Source: Methylotenera sp. (GTDB taxonomy: Bacteria > Pseudomonadota > Gammaproteobacteria > Burkholderiales > Methylophilaceae). Taken from it: DNA of 64,000 nt. Every line of letters starts with the position of its first letter. Within the stretch, counting starts at the first letter, position 1. Of this stretch, positions 45,040-56,101 are shown piece after piece. A program made the translations under genes and the position numbers. Under the pieces are notes generated by a model. It was not told where the DNA came from and ran no database searches. It saw only the letters and a list, made by a program, of their open reading frames with translations. The DNA is taken from positions 1,605-65,604 of the forward strand of contig JANNFN010000181.1 in the NCBI GenBank assembly GCA_031379885.1, in the 5' to 3' direction.

Positions 45040-46044
45040 TTAGACCAAAATTTTTGATAGTGCTGTAATAATGGCTTTATCGCCAAATTCATTTTGTATA
45101 GTTTCAGTGCTGTTTATTGCATTAGCATTTAAAAAAACATCACTAATCAAACTACAAAGCGCATTGACGTTTTGAGCCAAAAAAAGCAATTCTGGCAAAA
45201 TTCTAGGCTTAATCCATTTTAAAAATTTAGTTTCAACCGCAAAAACAGGCTTGCCCAATGTCATCGCGTAGAAAAAAGTACCACTCACCACGATATCTTT
45301 GTCTGAATGCGAAATAATGACAGCCTTGGCGCCAGCAACCAACTTTTGCGCTTCAGTTTCAGAAAGGTAGCCAGGCAGAAAAATAAAATTGTCTTGTTTA
45401 ATATGGCTTAAGCTGGCCGCATAATTTTTATCGCCTACCGCACCAGCAACAACAAGCACCTTATTGGCTGGAAAGTTTTTAATCAAGGATTCAATTTTTT
45501 TATAGGGTAAAATACGCCCAAAAACAATAAAGTATTCAGTAGGCAGTTTTGGCAATAATACATTCCCACTATCGGCATTATCTGCCAAGGTATATAGCGG
45601 GTGCGGACAATAAACTTTATCATTTGTAGTCTCTGCGCCAGAATGGGTGACTACCACGTCAAACAAGAGCTCATAAACGTTGACTATCATGGTTATTAAC
45701 GCAACGCGTTTAGGGTGAGTAGCATGTGGATAATGGTTATGCCGAACAAAAACAGATTGTTTAGCCAGCAAGACCATAATAGCTGTTCTCGTAAATAATC
45801 TCACAAGATTCAATAAACTCAAGCGACCAGTAGAGTTTAACAATTCATTATCGATAAAATTTACCCAAACAATGTCGTAACTTTTTAGGTTGCCTTTTAA
45901 CAGTTCAATAAGTGCTTCTTTTGGGCTGATGGCTGGTTCTATTTCGCCGAAGTTTGATAATAAAAACTGCATCCTAGCAATGTAACCATTGGTAGAATCT
46001 TTAAATGGAATGAACGCAATCCTTCGGTTATCAAGCTTGGTCAT
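45040..46044 (-). CDS. GT-B (family 4-like) glycosyltransferase
   Basis: FGRILPYKKIE nucleotide-sugar-binding motif; SGTFFYAMTLGKPV. Confidence 0.7.
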   Translation of the reverse strand: MTKLDNRRIAFIPFKDSTNGYIARMQFLLSNFGEIEPAISPKEALIELLKGNLKSYDIVWVNFIDNELLNSTGRLSLLNLVRLFTRTAIMVLLAKQSVFVRHNHYPHATHPKRVALITMIVNVYELLFDVVVTHSGAETTNDKVYCPHPLYTLADNADSGNVLLPKLPTEYFIVFGRILPYKKIESLIKNFPANKVLVVAGAVGDKNYAASLSHIKQDNFIFLPGYLSETEAQKLVAGAKAVIISHSDKDIVVSGTFFYAMTLGKPVFAVETKFLKWIKPRILPELLFLAQNVNALCSLISDVFLNANAINSTETIQNEFGDKAIITALSKILV

Positions 46045-46168
46045 AATTTGGTTCTAAAGATAAATTCAGAATCCTAAAATAGTTAAATGCTAATCACGCC
46101 TTTTGATTGCTCTTGCGATACACACCTTGCTTTAGCGTTTTAGTAGTGTAACCGTTAATGCTTAAGTC

Positions 46169-47578
46169 TCAGTAAGGAAAATATACTTCAAACTGCGCGC
46201 CTCTACCTTCACCAGCGCTCTTCACAGAAACGGAAGCATGATGTCTTTCAGCAATTTCTTGCACAATATTCAACCCCAAGCCACAACCTTCTTGTTGAGT
46301 GCCAAGCACACGATAAAACCGTTCAAATATTAGAGATTGATATTCGCTAGAAATGCCCATGCCGTTGTCTTGCACATAAAAAACTAGCTTCGCATTATCT
46401 AACCGAAATCCCACTGTAATTTTGCCATTAGTAGGTGTGTAGCGTATTGCATTATCAATTAGGTTGTTCATTAGCTCGCGCAATAGCATTGCATTGCCTT
46501 GAATTAAAGCAGTTTGTAACTCGCAAGAAAAACCTAAATCGATACTTTTTTTTAATGCTACAGACACCCAGTCACTCGTTACTTCTTGGGCTAATTTTCG
46601 CAAATCAATAGATTTAATTTCTATAAAAACTGCACCGTCAGGTTCGGCCTTGGTAAGTGTGAGCAACTGATTAACCAAATGCGATAAATTACCGCTGGCT
46701 TGGTTAATCTGATTGAGAGCATGCGATATTTTGCTCGGATTTTTTTCGCGTAAAGCCAATTCCGCTTGAGTTTTAAGGCCAGCAAGTGGTGTTTTGAGTT
46801 GATGCGAGGCTTCAGCAATAAAACGTTGTTGCTTAGCAATAGTGCCACTTACTCTAGCCAATAAATCGTTAAAAGCACTTAGCAAGGGCTGTAATTCTGC
46901 TGGCGCTTTTGTGTTGTCAACAGGACTTAAATCGTTAATATCACGGTGACCCAATTCAGATTTCAGTTTTTCTAATGGCTTTAAGCCATGTCGAATACCA
47001 AAAAACAATAACGCGCCAATCAGCAAAATAATCAGCAATTGAGGCAGCAACATACTCAATATAATTTTGTCAGCCATAAGGGTGCGTTTTTTAAGTGTTT
47101 CACCCACAAGAACATATACATTTTGATTGTTAGTATTGACTATGGAATCAGTAGAAATTGCTAGCGTATAAACAATGACGCGTATTTTTTCTGAGTTGCG
47201 CATCGTGTCGTAATAAAGAAATTTATCTGCAGCAGGATAAGTTTTAGGTAAAGGTAAAGCGGTGTGTGTGGAAATTAGATCTCCCTTTGGACCAAGGATG
47301 CGAAAATATACGTCATCTTCCTCATCGAACTCTAATAAATCTTTGGCAATCTGTGGAAGGTTGACCTGAACCCCTAATTCTTCAAGGCTTACTTGATCTG
47401 CCAACGCGAGGGCGGTGCGGTATAAAGATTTATCATAGGTTAGATTAATGTAATGATTAGTTAAAAAATAGCCTGCCACGGTCGAAATAAAAATAAGTGG
47501 TAAAAGTAGAATGAGCAGCCAACTAAAAAGTTGGTTTTTTAATGATGCCTGAGGTAAAAATTGCTTAAGTTTTAACAA
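46169..47578 (-). CDS. sensor histidine kinase (TctE/QseC-like)
   Basis: H-box ASHQLKTPL; N, G1 and G2 boxes NLIDNAIRY, DNGMGI, GCGLGL; two TMs. Confidence 0.92.
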   Translation of the reverse strand: MLKLKQFLPQASLKNQLFSWLLILLLPLIFISTVAGYFLTNHYINLTYDKSLYRTALALADQVSLEELGVQVNLPQIAKDLLEFDEEDDVYFRILGPKGDLISTHTALPLPKTYPAADKFLYYDTMRNSEKIRVIVYTLAISTDSIVNTNNQNVYVLVGETLKKRTLMADKIILSMLLPQLLIILLIGALLFFGIRHGLKPLEKLKSELGHRDINDLSPVDNTKAPAELQPLLSAFNDLLARVSGTIAKQQRFIAEASHQLKTPLAGLKTQAELALREKNPSKISHALNQINQASGNLSHLVNQLLTLTKAEPDGAVFIEIKSIDLRKLAQEVTSDWVSVALKKSIDLGFSCELQTALIQGNAMLLRELMNNLIDNAIRYTPTNGKITVGFRLDNAKLVFYVQDNGMGISSEYQSLIFERFYRVLGTQQEGCGLGLNIVQEIAERHHASVSVKSAGEGRGAQFEVYFPY

Positions 47579-48245
47579 GTGATTTTGTTTCTAGTAAATA
47601 ACCAAGGCCGCGGATAGTAAGTATATTAATGTCAGAATGATTTAATTTTTTTCGTAAGCGATGCAAGTAGACCTCCAGCGCGTTATCGCTAATATCTTCA
47701 TCAAAGTTGCACAATTTCTCTAACATTTGTTCTTTATTGACCACTTTCCCAGTTTTTAGCATTAAAATTTCTAGCACAGCTAGTTCTCTGGCAGATAAAT
47801 TTAGGCTAGCTTTATTGTATGTGGCGATGCGACTAGCGGTATCTAATTGCAGTTTACCAACCGTAACAAGCGCGCTTCCACCTGCTTGGCCGCGTCGTAT
47901 CAACGCCCGCACACGCGCCTCTAGTTCAGCCAAATTAAATGGCTTGCTTAAATAATCATCTGCGCCTAAATCTAAACCTTTTACACGGTCATCTAAGTTG
48001 TCGTTAGCCGTTAAAATTAGTACAGGAATTTTGCTACCGCGTGAACGCAAGCGCTTCAACACCTCGAAGCCGCTTAGCTTAGGTAGATCTAGATCTAACA
48101 GCACCAAATCAAATGGCTGATAGATCAGCACACCATCAGCGTCAGCACCGTTAGTAACCAAATCGATAGCATAACCAGATTGCATCAGCGAATTTTTGAG
48201 GCCATCGGCTAATACTAAATCATCTTCTACTATAAATATACGCAT
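47565..48245 (-). CDS. OmpR-family response regulator (TctD/QseB-like)
   Basis: IVEDD, LLDLDLP, GADDYL.KPF and IRGLGY motifs. Confidence 0.93.
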   Translation of the reverse strand: MRIFIVEDDLVLADGLKNSLMQSGYAIDLVTNGADADGVLIYQPFDLVLLDLDLPKLSGFEVLKRLRSRGSKIPVLILTANDNLDDRVKGLDLGADDYLSKPFNLAELEARVRALIRRGQAGGSALVTVGKLQLDTASRIATYNKASLNLSARELAVLEILMLKTGKVVNKEQMLEKLCNFDEDISDNALEVYLHRLRKKLNHSDINILTIRGLGYLLETKSLVKT

Positions 48246-48279
48246 GGGTTGAATGGTGGAGTCAAAAGAATTGGACATT

Positions 48280-48295
48280 GTAAGGTTGCAGTAAG
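48280..48295. promoter_or_regulatory. OmpR-family direct-repeat operator candidate
   Basis: GTAAG-N6-GTAAG (11-bp period) in the divergent promoter region. Confidence 0.45.
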
Positions 48296-48396
48296 TTTGG
48301 CTGCGTATAGTTTATCTCACAGGCAGCAATTAAGAGGTTGCCTTTGATGTGAACTAAGTTAAACAGGGTTAATTTTATATTGATTAGGAGTTTTAA

Positions 48397-48636
48397 ATGA
48401 ATAAATATTTATCAGTTTTAGTAACAGGATTATTTTTAGGCAGTTTGAGTGTTAGTGCTTTTGCAGTAGATACAGCAAAACCAGTCGTGGCAACAACAGC
48501 ATCAGCGTCTAAAGCAGCACCAACAGCCAAAGTTGCAACAAGTAAAGTTGTAGCCAAGAAAGATACTGGTATAAAAGCAACTGTTAAAAAACTATTTGCA
48601 CCAGACGCAAAAAAAACAGACTTAAAACTTAAGTAA
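48397..48636 (+). CDS. small exported Ala/Lys/Thr-rich protein
   Basis: Signal peptide ending SVSAFA; SD AGGAG. Confidence 0.75.
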   Translation: MNKYLSVLVTGLFLGSLSVSAFAVDTAKPVVATTASASKAAPTAKVATSKVVAKKDTGIKATVKKLFAPDAKKTDLKLK

Positions 48637-48692
48637 GCAGACATAACTAATACAAACCAATCAAATTTATTATTTATTAAAGGAAATTTATC

Positions 48693-48911
48693 ATGAACAA
48701 ATTATTGTCAGCATTATTTGCAGGTGTTTTTGCAGCAACAGTTTCAGTAAGTGCTTTTGCAGTTGAACCAGCCGCGGCGACTGATGCAACTAAAGTTGAA
48801 AAAGCTACATCAGCGGCACCAATGAAACACAAACATATGCATAAAGCGCATAAATCACACAAAGCGGAAAAAGCAGAAGCTGCGCCAGCAGCTCCAGAAG
48901 CAGCTAAGTAA
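48693..48911 (+). CDS. small exported Ala/Lys/His-rich protein, paralog of the preceding gene
   Basis: Signal peptide ending SVSAFA; KHKHMHKAHKSHK tract. Confidence 0.75.
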   Translation: MNKLLSALFAGVFAATVSVSAFAVEPAAATDATKVEKATSAAPMKHKHMHKAHKSHKAEKAEAAPAAPEAAK

Positions 48912-48925
48912 GTAGTCCTATTTTG

Positions 48926-48965
48926 AAAAGCGATGCTCCTAGCGATCCTAGGGCATCGCTTTTTT
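48926..48965 (+). terminator. terminator after the small exported pair
   Basis: AAAAGCGATGC...GCATCGCTTTTTT. Confidence 0.8.
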
Positions 48966-48978
48966 ACTAGCTATACTA

Positions 48979-49017
48979 AGATTGAAGTCACAGATTGAAA
49001 TGGCAGATTGAAATGGT
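48979..49017. repeat. three tandem 13-bp units upstream of metH
   Basis: AGATTGAAGTCAC / AGATTGAAATGGC / AGATTGAAATGGT. Confidence 0.7.
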
Positions 49018-49091
49018 TACAACATGATAAAATAAGGCTTTAGGTCACGGTCTTGATGCACTAAATCAGGGTTAAATGAACCATAAGCCAC

Positions 49092-52000
49092 ATGAACTCA
49101 AAAAATTTAGCTAACAATCACTTAGGCATTGAAGCGCAATTACGTGCTTTATTGCAAACGCGCATCCTCATTTTAGATGGTGCGATGGGTACCATGATTC
49201 AGCAATATAAGCTGACTGAAGCAGATTATCGTGGCGATCGCTTTGTAGATTTTAAAGCGCCGGCTGGTCAGCGCGAGCTGTTTGTTAAGGGCAATAACGA
49301 GCTGCTTAGCCTTACCCAGCCGCAAATCATTCAAGAAATTCACGAGCAATATTTGGCCGCAGGTGCGGATATTATTGAAACTAATACCTTTGGTGCAACC
49401 ACTGTGGCGCAAGACGATTACCACATGGCGCATTTGGTTTATGAAATGAATGTGCAAGCGGCCAAACTGGCAAAAGCGGCTTGTTTAAAGTACAGCACGC
49501 CTGATAAGCCTCGCTTCGTCGCGGGTGCATTAGGCCCAACGCCCAAAACTGCGAGCATTTCACCCGACGTAAACAACCCCGCGGCGCGCAATGTGAATTT
49601 TGATCAGTTAGTGAATGCTTACTTAGAGCAAACGCGAGCATTGGTAGAAGGTGGTGCAGATATTTTAATGGTCGAAACTATCTTCGATACACTCAATTGC
49701 AAAGCCGCGTTGTTTGCCATTGATACATTTTTTGAAGAACTTGGCTATAAATTGCCGATTATGATTTCAGGCACTGTGACCGATGCATCAGGCCGTATTT
49801 TGTCAGGCCAAACCGTGACAGCATTTTGGCATTCTGTGCGGCATGCTAAACCGCTTACAGTGGGATTAAATTGCGCATTGGGGGCGACTTTAATGCGTCC
49901 ATATGCTGAAGAAATATCCAAAATTGCCAATACTTTCGTGTGTATTTACCCTAACGCGGGACTACCAAATCCTATGTCCGATACGGGGTTTGATGAAACG
50001 CCAAATGTGACTTCTAGCTTAGTGAAAGAGTTTGCTGAAAGCGGCTTTATCAATATCGCGGGTGGTTGCTGCGGTACTACGCCAGCGCATATTAATGCGA
50101 TTTACGAACAAGTTAAAAACATTTCGCCTAGAAAGGTGCTCCAGCAGCCAATATCCATGCGCCTTGCAGGGCTAGAGCCTTTTATCATTAATGATGAGTC
50201 TTTATTCGTTAATGTCGGCGAGCGCACTAACGTCACCGGCAGTAAAGCCTTCGCACGCATGATCATTAACGAACAATATGAAGAAGCGCTTTCGGTAGCG
50301 CGACAACAGGTAGAGAATGGCGCGCAAGTCATCGATATCAACATGGATGAAGGCATGTTGGACGCCGTAAAAGCCATGACGCACTTTTTGAATTTAATCG
50401 CCAGCGAGCCTGATATTGCGCGCGTCCCCGTGATGATTGACTCATCCAAATGGAGTGTGATCGAAGCTGGTTTAAAATGCGTGCAAGGCAAATCGATTGT
50501 AAACTCGATTTCGATGAAAGAAGGCGAAAGCGAGTTTTTGCGCCAAGCCAAGCTGTGTCGCCGTTATGGCGCGGCAGTGATTGTGATGGCGTTTGATGAA
50601 AAAGGTCAGGCGGATACGTTCGCACGTAAAACTGAAATTTGTAAACGCGCTTACGATTTATTAGTTGCGCAAGGTTTTCCGCCAGAAGACATTATTTTCG
50701 ACCCGAATATTTTTGCCATTGCCACGGGCATTGAAGAGCATAACAACTATGCAGTGGATTTTATTAATGCCACGCGCTGGATTAAGCAAAACCTGCCGCA
50801 CGCCAAAATATCAGGCGGGGTGTCAAATGTGAGCTTTAGTTTCCGCGGAAATGATCCTGCGCGAGAGGCGATTCATACTGTGTTTTTATATCACGCCATC
50901 AAGGCAGGTATGACCATGGGCATCGTCAATGCGGGCATGATGGGCATTTATGATGACCTTGCGCCTGAGTTAAAAGAACGCGTAGAAGACGTGGTGCTGA
51001 ACAGGTGTGATGATGCCACCGAACGCATGATTGAAATCGCGGGCACGCTGGTGGCAGGTGGCAAAAAAGAGGCTGCAACGCTAGAATGGCGCGGCACAGT
51101 AGATAGTCCTGTGAGCGTGAATAAACGCTTAGAGCACGCCATGGTACACGGGATCACTGATTTTATAGTAGAAGATACCGAAGAAGCGCGTGCGGCGGTT
51201 GAAAAATCGGGTGGCAGGCCAATTCACGTCATCGAAGGACCGTTGATGGATGGCATGAACGTGGTCGGTGATTTGTTTGGTCAAGGCAAAATGTTTTTGC
51301 CGCAAGTAGTTAAATCTGCCCGCGTCATGAAATCAGCAGTTGCGCATTTAATCCCGTTTATCGAGGCCGAAAAGTTGCTAGAGCAAGAACGCACGGGTGT
51401 GGTCGCTAAACCTAAAGGAAAAGTGGTGATTGCTACCGTAAAGGGCGATGTGCATGATATCGGCAAAAATATCGTGTCTGTCGTCTTGCAATGTAATAAC
51501 TTCGAGGTCGTCAATATGGGTGTAATGGTGCCAGTGGCGGAGATTTTAGCCATGGCCAAAGCCGAGAATGCTGACATTATTGGCTTGAGCGGCCTGATTA
51601 CGCCAAGCTTAGAAGAAATGGCGCACGTGGCAAAAGAAATGCAGCGCGACCCGTATTTTCAAGGTCAACAAATGCCCTTGCTGATTGGTGGCGCAACCAC
51701 TTCACGTGCGCATACCGCTGTAAAAATCGCTCCAAATTATGATGGCCCGGTGATTTACGTGCCAGATGCCTCGCGCTCGGTTTCGGTGATGCAAAATCTA
51801 CTAACACCAGAAACGCGTGGCGCGTATTTGGCCGAGATTCAGGCCGATTATCAAAAAGCGCGCACGCAACATGCCAATAAAAAAGGCGTGCCAATGCTCA
51901 CAATTGCTAACGCACGTAAAAACAAAATGAAGCTCAGTTTTGATGGTGAAAACACGCCTGTGAAGCCTAAGTTTATTGGTCGACGTGTGTTTAAGAATAT

Positions 52001-52874
52001 TGATTTAAGCTTAATTGCGCAATATATCGATTGGGGTCCGTTTTTTCAAACTTGGGATTTAGCTGGCGCGTACCCTGCAATTTTGAGCGACAAAGTGGTG
52101 GGTGAAGCGGCGACGAAAGTGTTTGCAGAAGCGCAAACCATGTTGAAGAAAATCATCGATGGTCGCTGGCTTACCGCCAATGGCATAATTGCGCTAATGC
52201 CAGCAAATACAGCGAATGATGACGACATTGAAATCTACACCGATGAAAGCCGCAGCCAAGTCGCGTTTACCTATTTCGGGTTGCGCCAACAAAGCGTTAA
52301 GCCAGTCATCGATGGCGTAGCCAGACCAAACCAATGTTTAAGCGACTTTATTGCGCCTAGAGGAACTGACGATTACATTGGTCTATTTGCTGTGACTGCG
52401 GGCTTAGGCATTGAAAAAATCGAAAAACGGTTTATTGATACCAATGACGACTACAGCGGTATCATGTTCAAATCGCTGGCAGATAGGCTTGCCGAAGCCT
52501 TTGCAGAATACATGCACGAACGCATCCGCACCGATTTATGGGGCTACGCAAGCGATGAAAAACTATCAGTAGAAGAGCAAATAAAAGAACAATACCGTGG
52601 CATCCGCCCTGCGCCTGGCTACCCCGCATGCCCAGACCATACGGTTAAAGCGGATGTGTTTAATTTGCTGCAATGCGACGAAATCGGCATGACGCTTACA
52701 GAATCGTTTGCCATGCTGCCCGCTGCCGCGGTGTCAGGCTTCTACTTTGCACACAAAGAGGCTAAATATTTCAGCGTGGATAAAATCGGCACAGACCAAT
52801 TGGAAGATATGGCAAAACGTAGAAATTTGCCGAAAGACTATTTAGAGCGCTGGCTGGCACCTAATTTGGGTTAA
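49092..52874 (+). CDS. metH: cobalamin-dependent methionine synthase
   Basis: GLNCALG, GGCCGT, pterin domain, B12 motif DVHDIGKN, activation domain [10 protein letters not shown]. Confidence 0.97.
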   Translation: MNSKNLANNHLGIEAQLRALLQTRILILDGAMGTMIQQYKLTEADYRGDRFVDFKAPAGQRELFVKGNNELLSLTQPQIIQEIHEQYLAAGADIIETNTFGATTVAQDDYHMAHLVYEMNVQAAKLAKAACLKYSTPDKPRFVAGALGPTPKTASISPDVNNPAARNVNFDQLVNAYLEQTRALVEGGADILMVETIFDTLNCKAALFAIDTFFEELGYKLPIMISGTVTDASGRILSGQTVTAFWHSVRHAKPLTVGLNCALGATLMRPYAEEISKIANTFVCIYPNAGLPNPMSDTGFDETPNVTSSLVKEFAESGFINIAGGCCGTTPAHINAIYEQVKNISPRKVLQQPISMRLAGLEPFIINDESLFVNVGERTNVTGSKAFARMIINEQYEEALSVARQQVENGAQVIDINMDEGMLDAVKAMTHFLNLIASEPDIARVPVMIDSSKWSVIEAGLKCVQGKSIVNSISMKEGESEFLRQAKLCRRYGAAVIVMAFDEKGQADTFARKTEICKRAYDLLVAQGFPPEDIIFDPNIFAIATGIEEHNNYAVDFINATRWIKQNLPHAKISGGVSNVSFSFRGNDPAREAIHTVFLYHAIKAGMTMGIVNAGMMGIYDDLAPELKERVEDVVLNRCDDATERMIEIAGTLVAGGKKEAATLEWRGTVDSPVSVNKRLEHAMVHGITDFIVEDTEEARAAVEKSGGRPIHVIEGPLMDGMNVVGDLFGQGKMFLPQVVKSARVMKSAVAHLIPFIEAEKLLEQERTGVVAKPKGKVVIATVKGDVHDIGKNIVSVVLQCNNFEVVNMGVMVPVAEILAMAKAENADIIGLSGLITPSLEEMAHVAKEMQRDPYFQGQQMPLLIGGATTSRAHTAVKIAPNYDGPVIYVPDASRSVSVMQNLLTPETRGAYLAEIQADYQKARTQHANKKGVPMLTIANARKNKMKLSFDGENTPVKPKFIGRRVFKNIDLSLIAQYIDWGPFFQTWDLAGAYPAILSDKVVGEAATKVFAEAQTMLKKIIDGRWLTANGIIALMPANTANDDDIEIYTDESRSQVAFTYFGLRQQSVKPVIDGVARPNQCLSDFIAPRGTDDYIGLFAVTAGLGIEKIEKRFIDTNDDYSGIMFKSLADRLAEAFAEYMHERIRTDLWGYASDEKLSVEEQIKEQYRGIRPAPGYPACPDHTVKADVFNLLQCDEIGMTLTESFAMLPAAAVSGFYFAHKEAKYFSVDKIGTDQLEDMAKRRNLPKDYLERWLAPNLG

Positions 52875-52881
52875 CTTAATT

Positions 52882-54261
52882 ATGCATATTCACATTTTAG
52901 GTATTTGCGGCACATTTATGGGCGGTATTGCGGTGCTGGCGAAGCAGGCGGGGCATCGCGTGACGGGTTGCGATGCGAATGTATATCCGCCCATGAGTAC
53001 ACAACTTGAGGCACAAGGCATCGAGTTGATTGAAGGTTTTTCGCCTGAGCAAACCAAGCTAAACCCCGATATTTATGTGATTGGTAACGTGGTGACGCGC
53101 GGCAATCCGTTGATGGAGGAAATACTCAATCAAGGTTTGCCATATATCTCAGGTCCACAATGGCTGGCGGAGAATGTGCTGCAAGGCAAGTGGGTGCTTG
53201 CTGTGGCAGGTACACATGGTAAAACTACAACAGCTTCAATGTTGGCGTGGATATTAGAATACGCTGGTTTAGCACCTGGCTTTTTGATTGGCGGTGTGCC
53301 AGAAAACTTTGGTATTTCTGCGCGCTTGCCTCAGGTTCCAAAACAAGATGCAAAAAGCATTTCGCCATTTTTTGTGATTGAGGCGGATGAATACGATACC
53401 GCGTTTTTTGATAAACGTTCCAAGTTCGTGCACTATCGTCCGCGCACGGCGATTTTGAACAACTTGGAATTCGACCACGCGGATATTTTTGATGATTTAG
53501 CGGCAATTGAAAAACAGTTTTACCATTTGGTACGCACCGTTCCACAAAATGGCTTGATTGTGAGTAATGGTAAAGAAGCGAGTTTAAAAAGAGTTATCGA
53601 AAAAGGTTGTTGGACTCCAGTAGAGCAGTTTGGCACAGATGCTGATTGGCAAGCGGCCAATGCACATGGTGATGGAAGTTTTGATGTGCTGTTTAAAGAC
53701 AAGTTACAAGGGCGCGTGACGTGGGATTTGCTGGGTGAGCATAACCGCATGAATGCGCTTGCCAGCATTGCCGCGGCGCGCCATGTAGGTGTTTCGGTAG
53801 AAATGAGTATAGCTGCGTTGGGTGAGTTTAAAAATGTAAAACGCCGCATGGAAACCAAAGGCGTGGTGAATAACATTACCGTGTACGATGATTTTGCACA
53901 TCATCCCACTGCGATTGAAACCACTATAGCTGGCCTGCGCGCTAAGGTAGGCAAGGCACGAATTTTGGCGGTGCTAGAACCTCGTTCAAACACCATGAAG
54001 TTGGGTGTGATGAAAAATGCCTTACCTGCAAGTTTAAAAGAGGCTGATTTAGTGTTTTGCTATGAGGCGAATTTAGGCTGGGATGCAGCCGAAGCATTAA
54101 AACCTATTGCAAATAAAGCCAAAACGTTTGATGATTTGACTATGCTAGTAAATGAAATTTGCAAAGTTGCCAAATTTGGCGACCATATTTTAGTAATGAG
54201 CAATGGCGGCTTTGGTGGCGTACATCAAAAAATTCTTGATGGGCTTTTAGGAAAAATATAA
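52882..54261 (+). CDS. mpl: murein peptide ligase
   Basis: HILGICGTFMGG, GTHGKTTT, EADEYDTAFFDKRSKF and DDFAHHPTAI motifs. Confidence 0.95.
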   Translation: MHIHILGICGTFMGGIAVLAKQAGHRVTGCDANVYPPMSTQLEAQGIELIEGFSPEQTKLNPDIYVIGNVVTRGNPLMEEILNQGLPYISGPQWLAENVLQGKWVLAVAGTHGKTTTASMLAWILEYAGLAPGFLIGGVPENFGISARLPQVPKQDAKSISPFFVIEADEYDTAFFDKRSKFVHYRPRTAILNNLEFDHADIFDDLAAIEKQFYHLVRTVPQNGLIVSNGKEASLKRVIEKGCWTPVEQFGTDADWQAANAHGDGSFDVLFKDKLQGRVTWDLLGEHNRMNALASIAAARHVGVSVEMSIAALGEFKNVKRRMETKGVVNNITVYDDFAHHPTAIETTIAGLRAKVGKARILAVLEPRSNTMKLGVMKNALPASLKEADLVFCYEANLGWDAAEALKPIANKAKTFDDLTMLVNEICKVAKFGDHILVMSNGGFGGVHQKILDGLLGKI

Positions 54262-54263
54262 GT

Positions 54264-55250
54264 TTGAACGCTACGGTTCAAAAGGCAAATAAAGTGACAT
54301 CGGCGGCGCAAGTCAGCCATAAAACGATGGATGCAATGAAAATTGCCATCGTGATATCTGTGTTTGTTCACGCAATCATATTAACTATCAAATTTCAGCC
54401 AGAACTTAAAAGGCTTGCTGACCATTTACCTTCATTGGATGTTGTTCTTGTTAATTCGAAAACAAAAAATGCGCCAGATAAAGCGGAATTGTTAGCGCAG
54501 GCTAATTTAGACCGCGGCGGCAATACCGATGCTAACCGCAAAATGAAAACGGCGCTGCCAGCACCCAAAGAAAAAACCGCCGAAGTCATATTAAAACCCA
54601 ATGCCAAAGCCCAAAGTGCGGCTAAATCGGCCAAATTAAAGGCGCAAGAAGCGCGCGAACAAAAGCGCGTAGATGAGTTGGAAAAACAAGCGCAAGAGTT
54701 ACTCACACAGATTAAAGCCAGCAAACCAATTGAGTCGAACCCTACACAAAACGCAGCTTCTGCTGATCCCGAACAAGGTGAGCAAAAAGCGAAAGCAAAA
54801 TCGTTAGATCGTACGGAGTTGATTGCCGCAAGTTTAGAAATGGATAGGCTACAGGCGCAAATCGCAAAACAACAGGATGAATATCAAAAGCGGCCTAAAA
54901 GAAAGTTTATTGGCGCGCGCACCAAAGAGTATCGCTTTGCTTTGTATGTAGAATCGTGGCGACAAAAAGTGGAACGTATCGGCAATATGAATTACCCTGA
55001 GGCGGCAAAAGCGCAAAAACTATATGGTCAACTTCGCATGACGGTATCAATTAAAGCCGATGGAAGCCTAGAAAGCGTGATTATTGATCAAAAATCAAAT
55101 TATCCTGTGTTAGATGAAGCCGCTAAACGCATTGTAGAATTGGCTGCGCCGTATGCGGTTTTTCCTGAAGATATTAAGAAAGATACTGATATTTTAAGCA
55201 TCACCCGCACATGGACTTTTACCCAAGAAGATTCCTTAGAAACACAATGA
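54264..55250 (+). CDS. TonB-family energy transducer / TonB_C protein
   Basis: N-terminal TM with a His (SVFVHAII); C-terminal NYP...G.LR..V.I..DG...LDEAA TonB_C pattern. Confidence 0.8.
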   Translation: MNATVQKANKVTSAAQVSHKTMDAMKIAIVISVFVHAIILTIKFQPELKRLADHLPSLDVVLVNSKTKNAPDKAELLAQANLDRGGNTDANRKMKTALPAPKEKTAEVILKPNAKAQSAAKSAKLKAQEAREQKRVDELEKQAQELLTQIKASKPIESNPTQNAASADPEQGEQKAKAKSLDRTELIAASLEMDRLQAQIAKQQDEYQKRPKRKFIGARTKEYRFALYVESWRQKVERIGNMNYPEAAKAQKLYGQLRMTVSIKADGSLESVIIDQKSNYPVLDEAAKRIVELAAPYAVFPEDIKKDTDILSITRTWTFTQEDSLETQ

Positions 55251-55561
55251 CTAATTTTTATAAATACCACGTATTTTTCTGCTTAAATCAACGCGATAAC
55301 GGCGAGGCTTGTTGTGCAGACAAAGGTGCAGAAGCGGCGTTTGATTACATGAAAGCACAGGTGAAAAAGCTGGGTTTAAATGGCGAAGGCAAAGTGCGTA
55401 TTAATCGCTCAGGTTGTTTGGATAGATGTGGCCTTGGGCCAATTATGGTGGTTTATCCGCAAGCCGTTTGGTACACCTTTGTTGATAATGAAGATATCGA
55501 TGAAATTATCTCTAATCATTTACAGAGCGGAAAAGTGGTGGAACGATTGGCGGTAGATTAA
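55247..55561 (+). CDS. thioredoxin-like [2Fe-2S] ferredoxin
   Basis: HVFFC...CC...SGCLDRC..GP..VVYP..VWY; ATGA overlap with the upstream gene. Confidence 0.9.
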   Translation: MTNFYKYHVFFCLNQRDNGEACCADKGAEAAFDYMKAQVKKLGLNGEGKVRINRSGCLDRCGLGPIMVVYPQAVWYTFVDNEDIDEIISNHLQSGKVVERLAVD

Positions 55562-55675
55562 AGCTAATGCCTTAAGACCGCAAGCCAGTCCTTGGCTTCC
55601 CCAATTTGTTAAGCCACTAAAGTGGAAAGCAAAGTGTGAAGGGTCTTCCCAATGGAATATATGCGTTAAAGCGCA

Positions 55676-56101
55676 TTATTCACATGTGATATGCGCTTTT
55701 ATTTTGTCTTTTAGCGATAAAATTGATGCTCTGGAAGGCGCATGGATATTGGGCCGCAGGGTGTCATTTCTAGCCACTCCCCAGTGTGAATTGGGAAAAT
55801 GTTTGTCGTTTTCAAAGCGTGGAATGATATGCCAATGCAGATGCGGTGTTTTGTTGCCCAAACTGGCTAAATTGATTTTATCAGGCTGAATGATTTCACG
55901 CATGGCGGTCTCAACCGCAAACACCGTTTTCATCATACGCGCGCGCTGTGGCGGCGCTAAATCGGTCATTTCTTTGATATGTTCAATCAGCTCAACGCGG
56001 CAATAGGCTGGGTAATCCGCATCATTTAATAACACGACACGGCAAAAATCATCTTGCCATAATACTTCGTGCGGCGTTGGCTTGCATAAATCACAAGTCA
56101 T
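55676..56101 (-). CDS. HIT family protein
   Basis: HLHWH histidine triad; CDLC. Confidence 0.9.
   Translation of the reverse strand: MTCDLCKPTPHEVLWQDDFCRVVLLNDADYPAYCRVELIEHIKEMTDLAPPQRARMMKTVFAVETAMREIIQPDKINLASLGNKTPHLHWHIIPRFENDKHFPNSHWGVARNDTLRPNIHAPSRASILSLKDKIKAHITCE

Noticed and set aside
48966-49091. Cobalamin, SAM or SAH riboswitch upstream of metH
   Set aside because: Region is short and lacks B12-box, SAM or SAH signature blocks
55562-55675. Possible sRNA between the ferredoxin and HIT genes
   Set aside because: Only short weak hairpins, with no recognisable family, promoter or terminator
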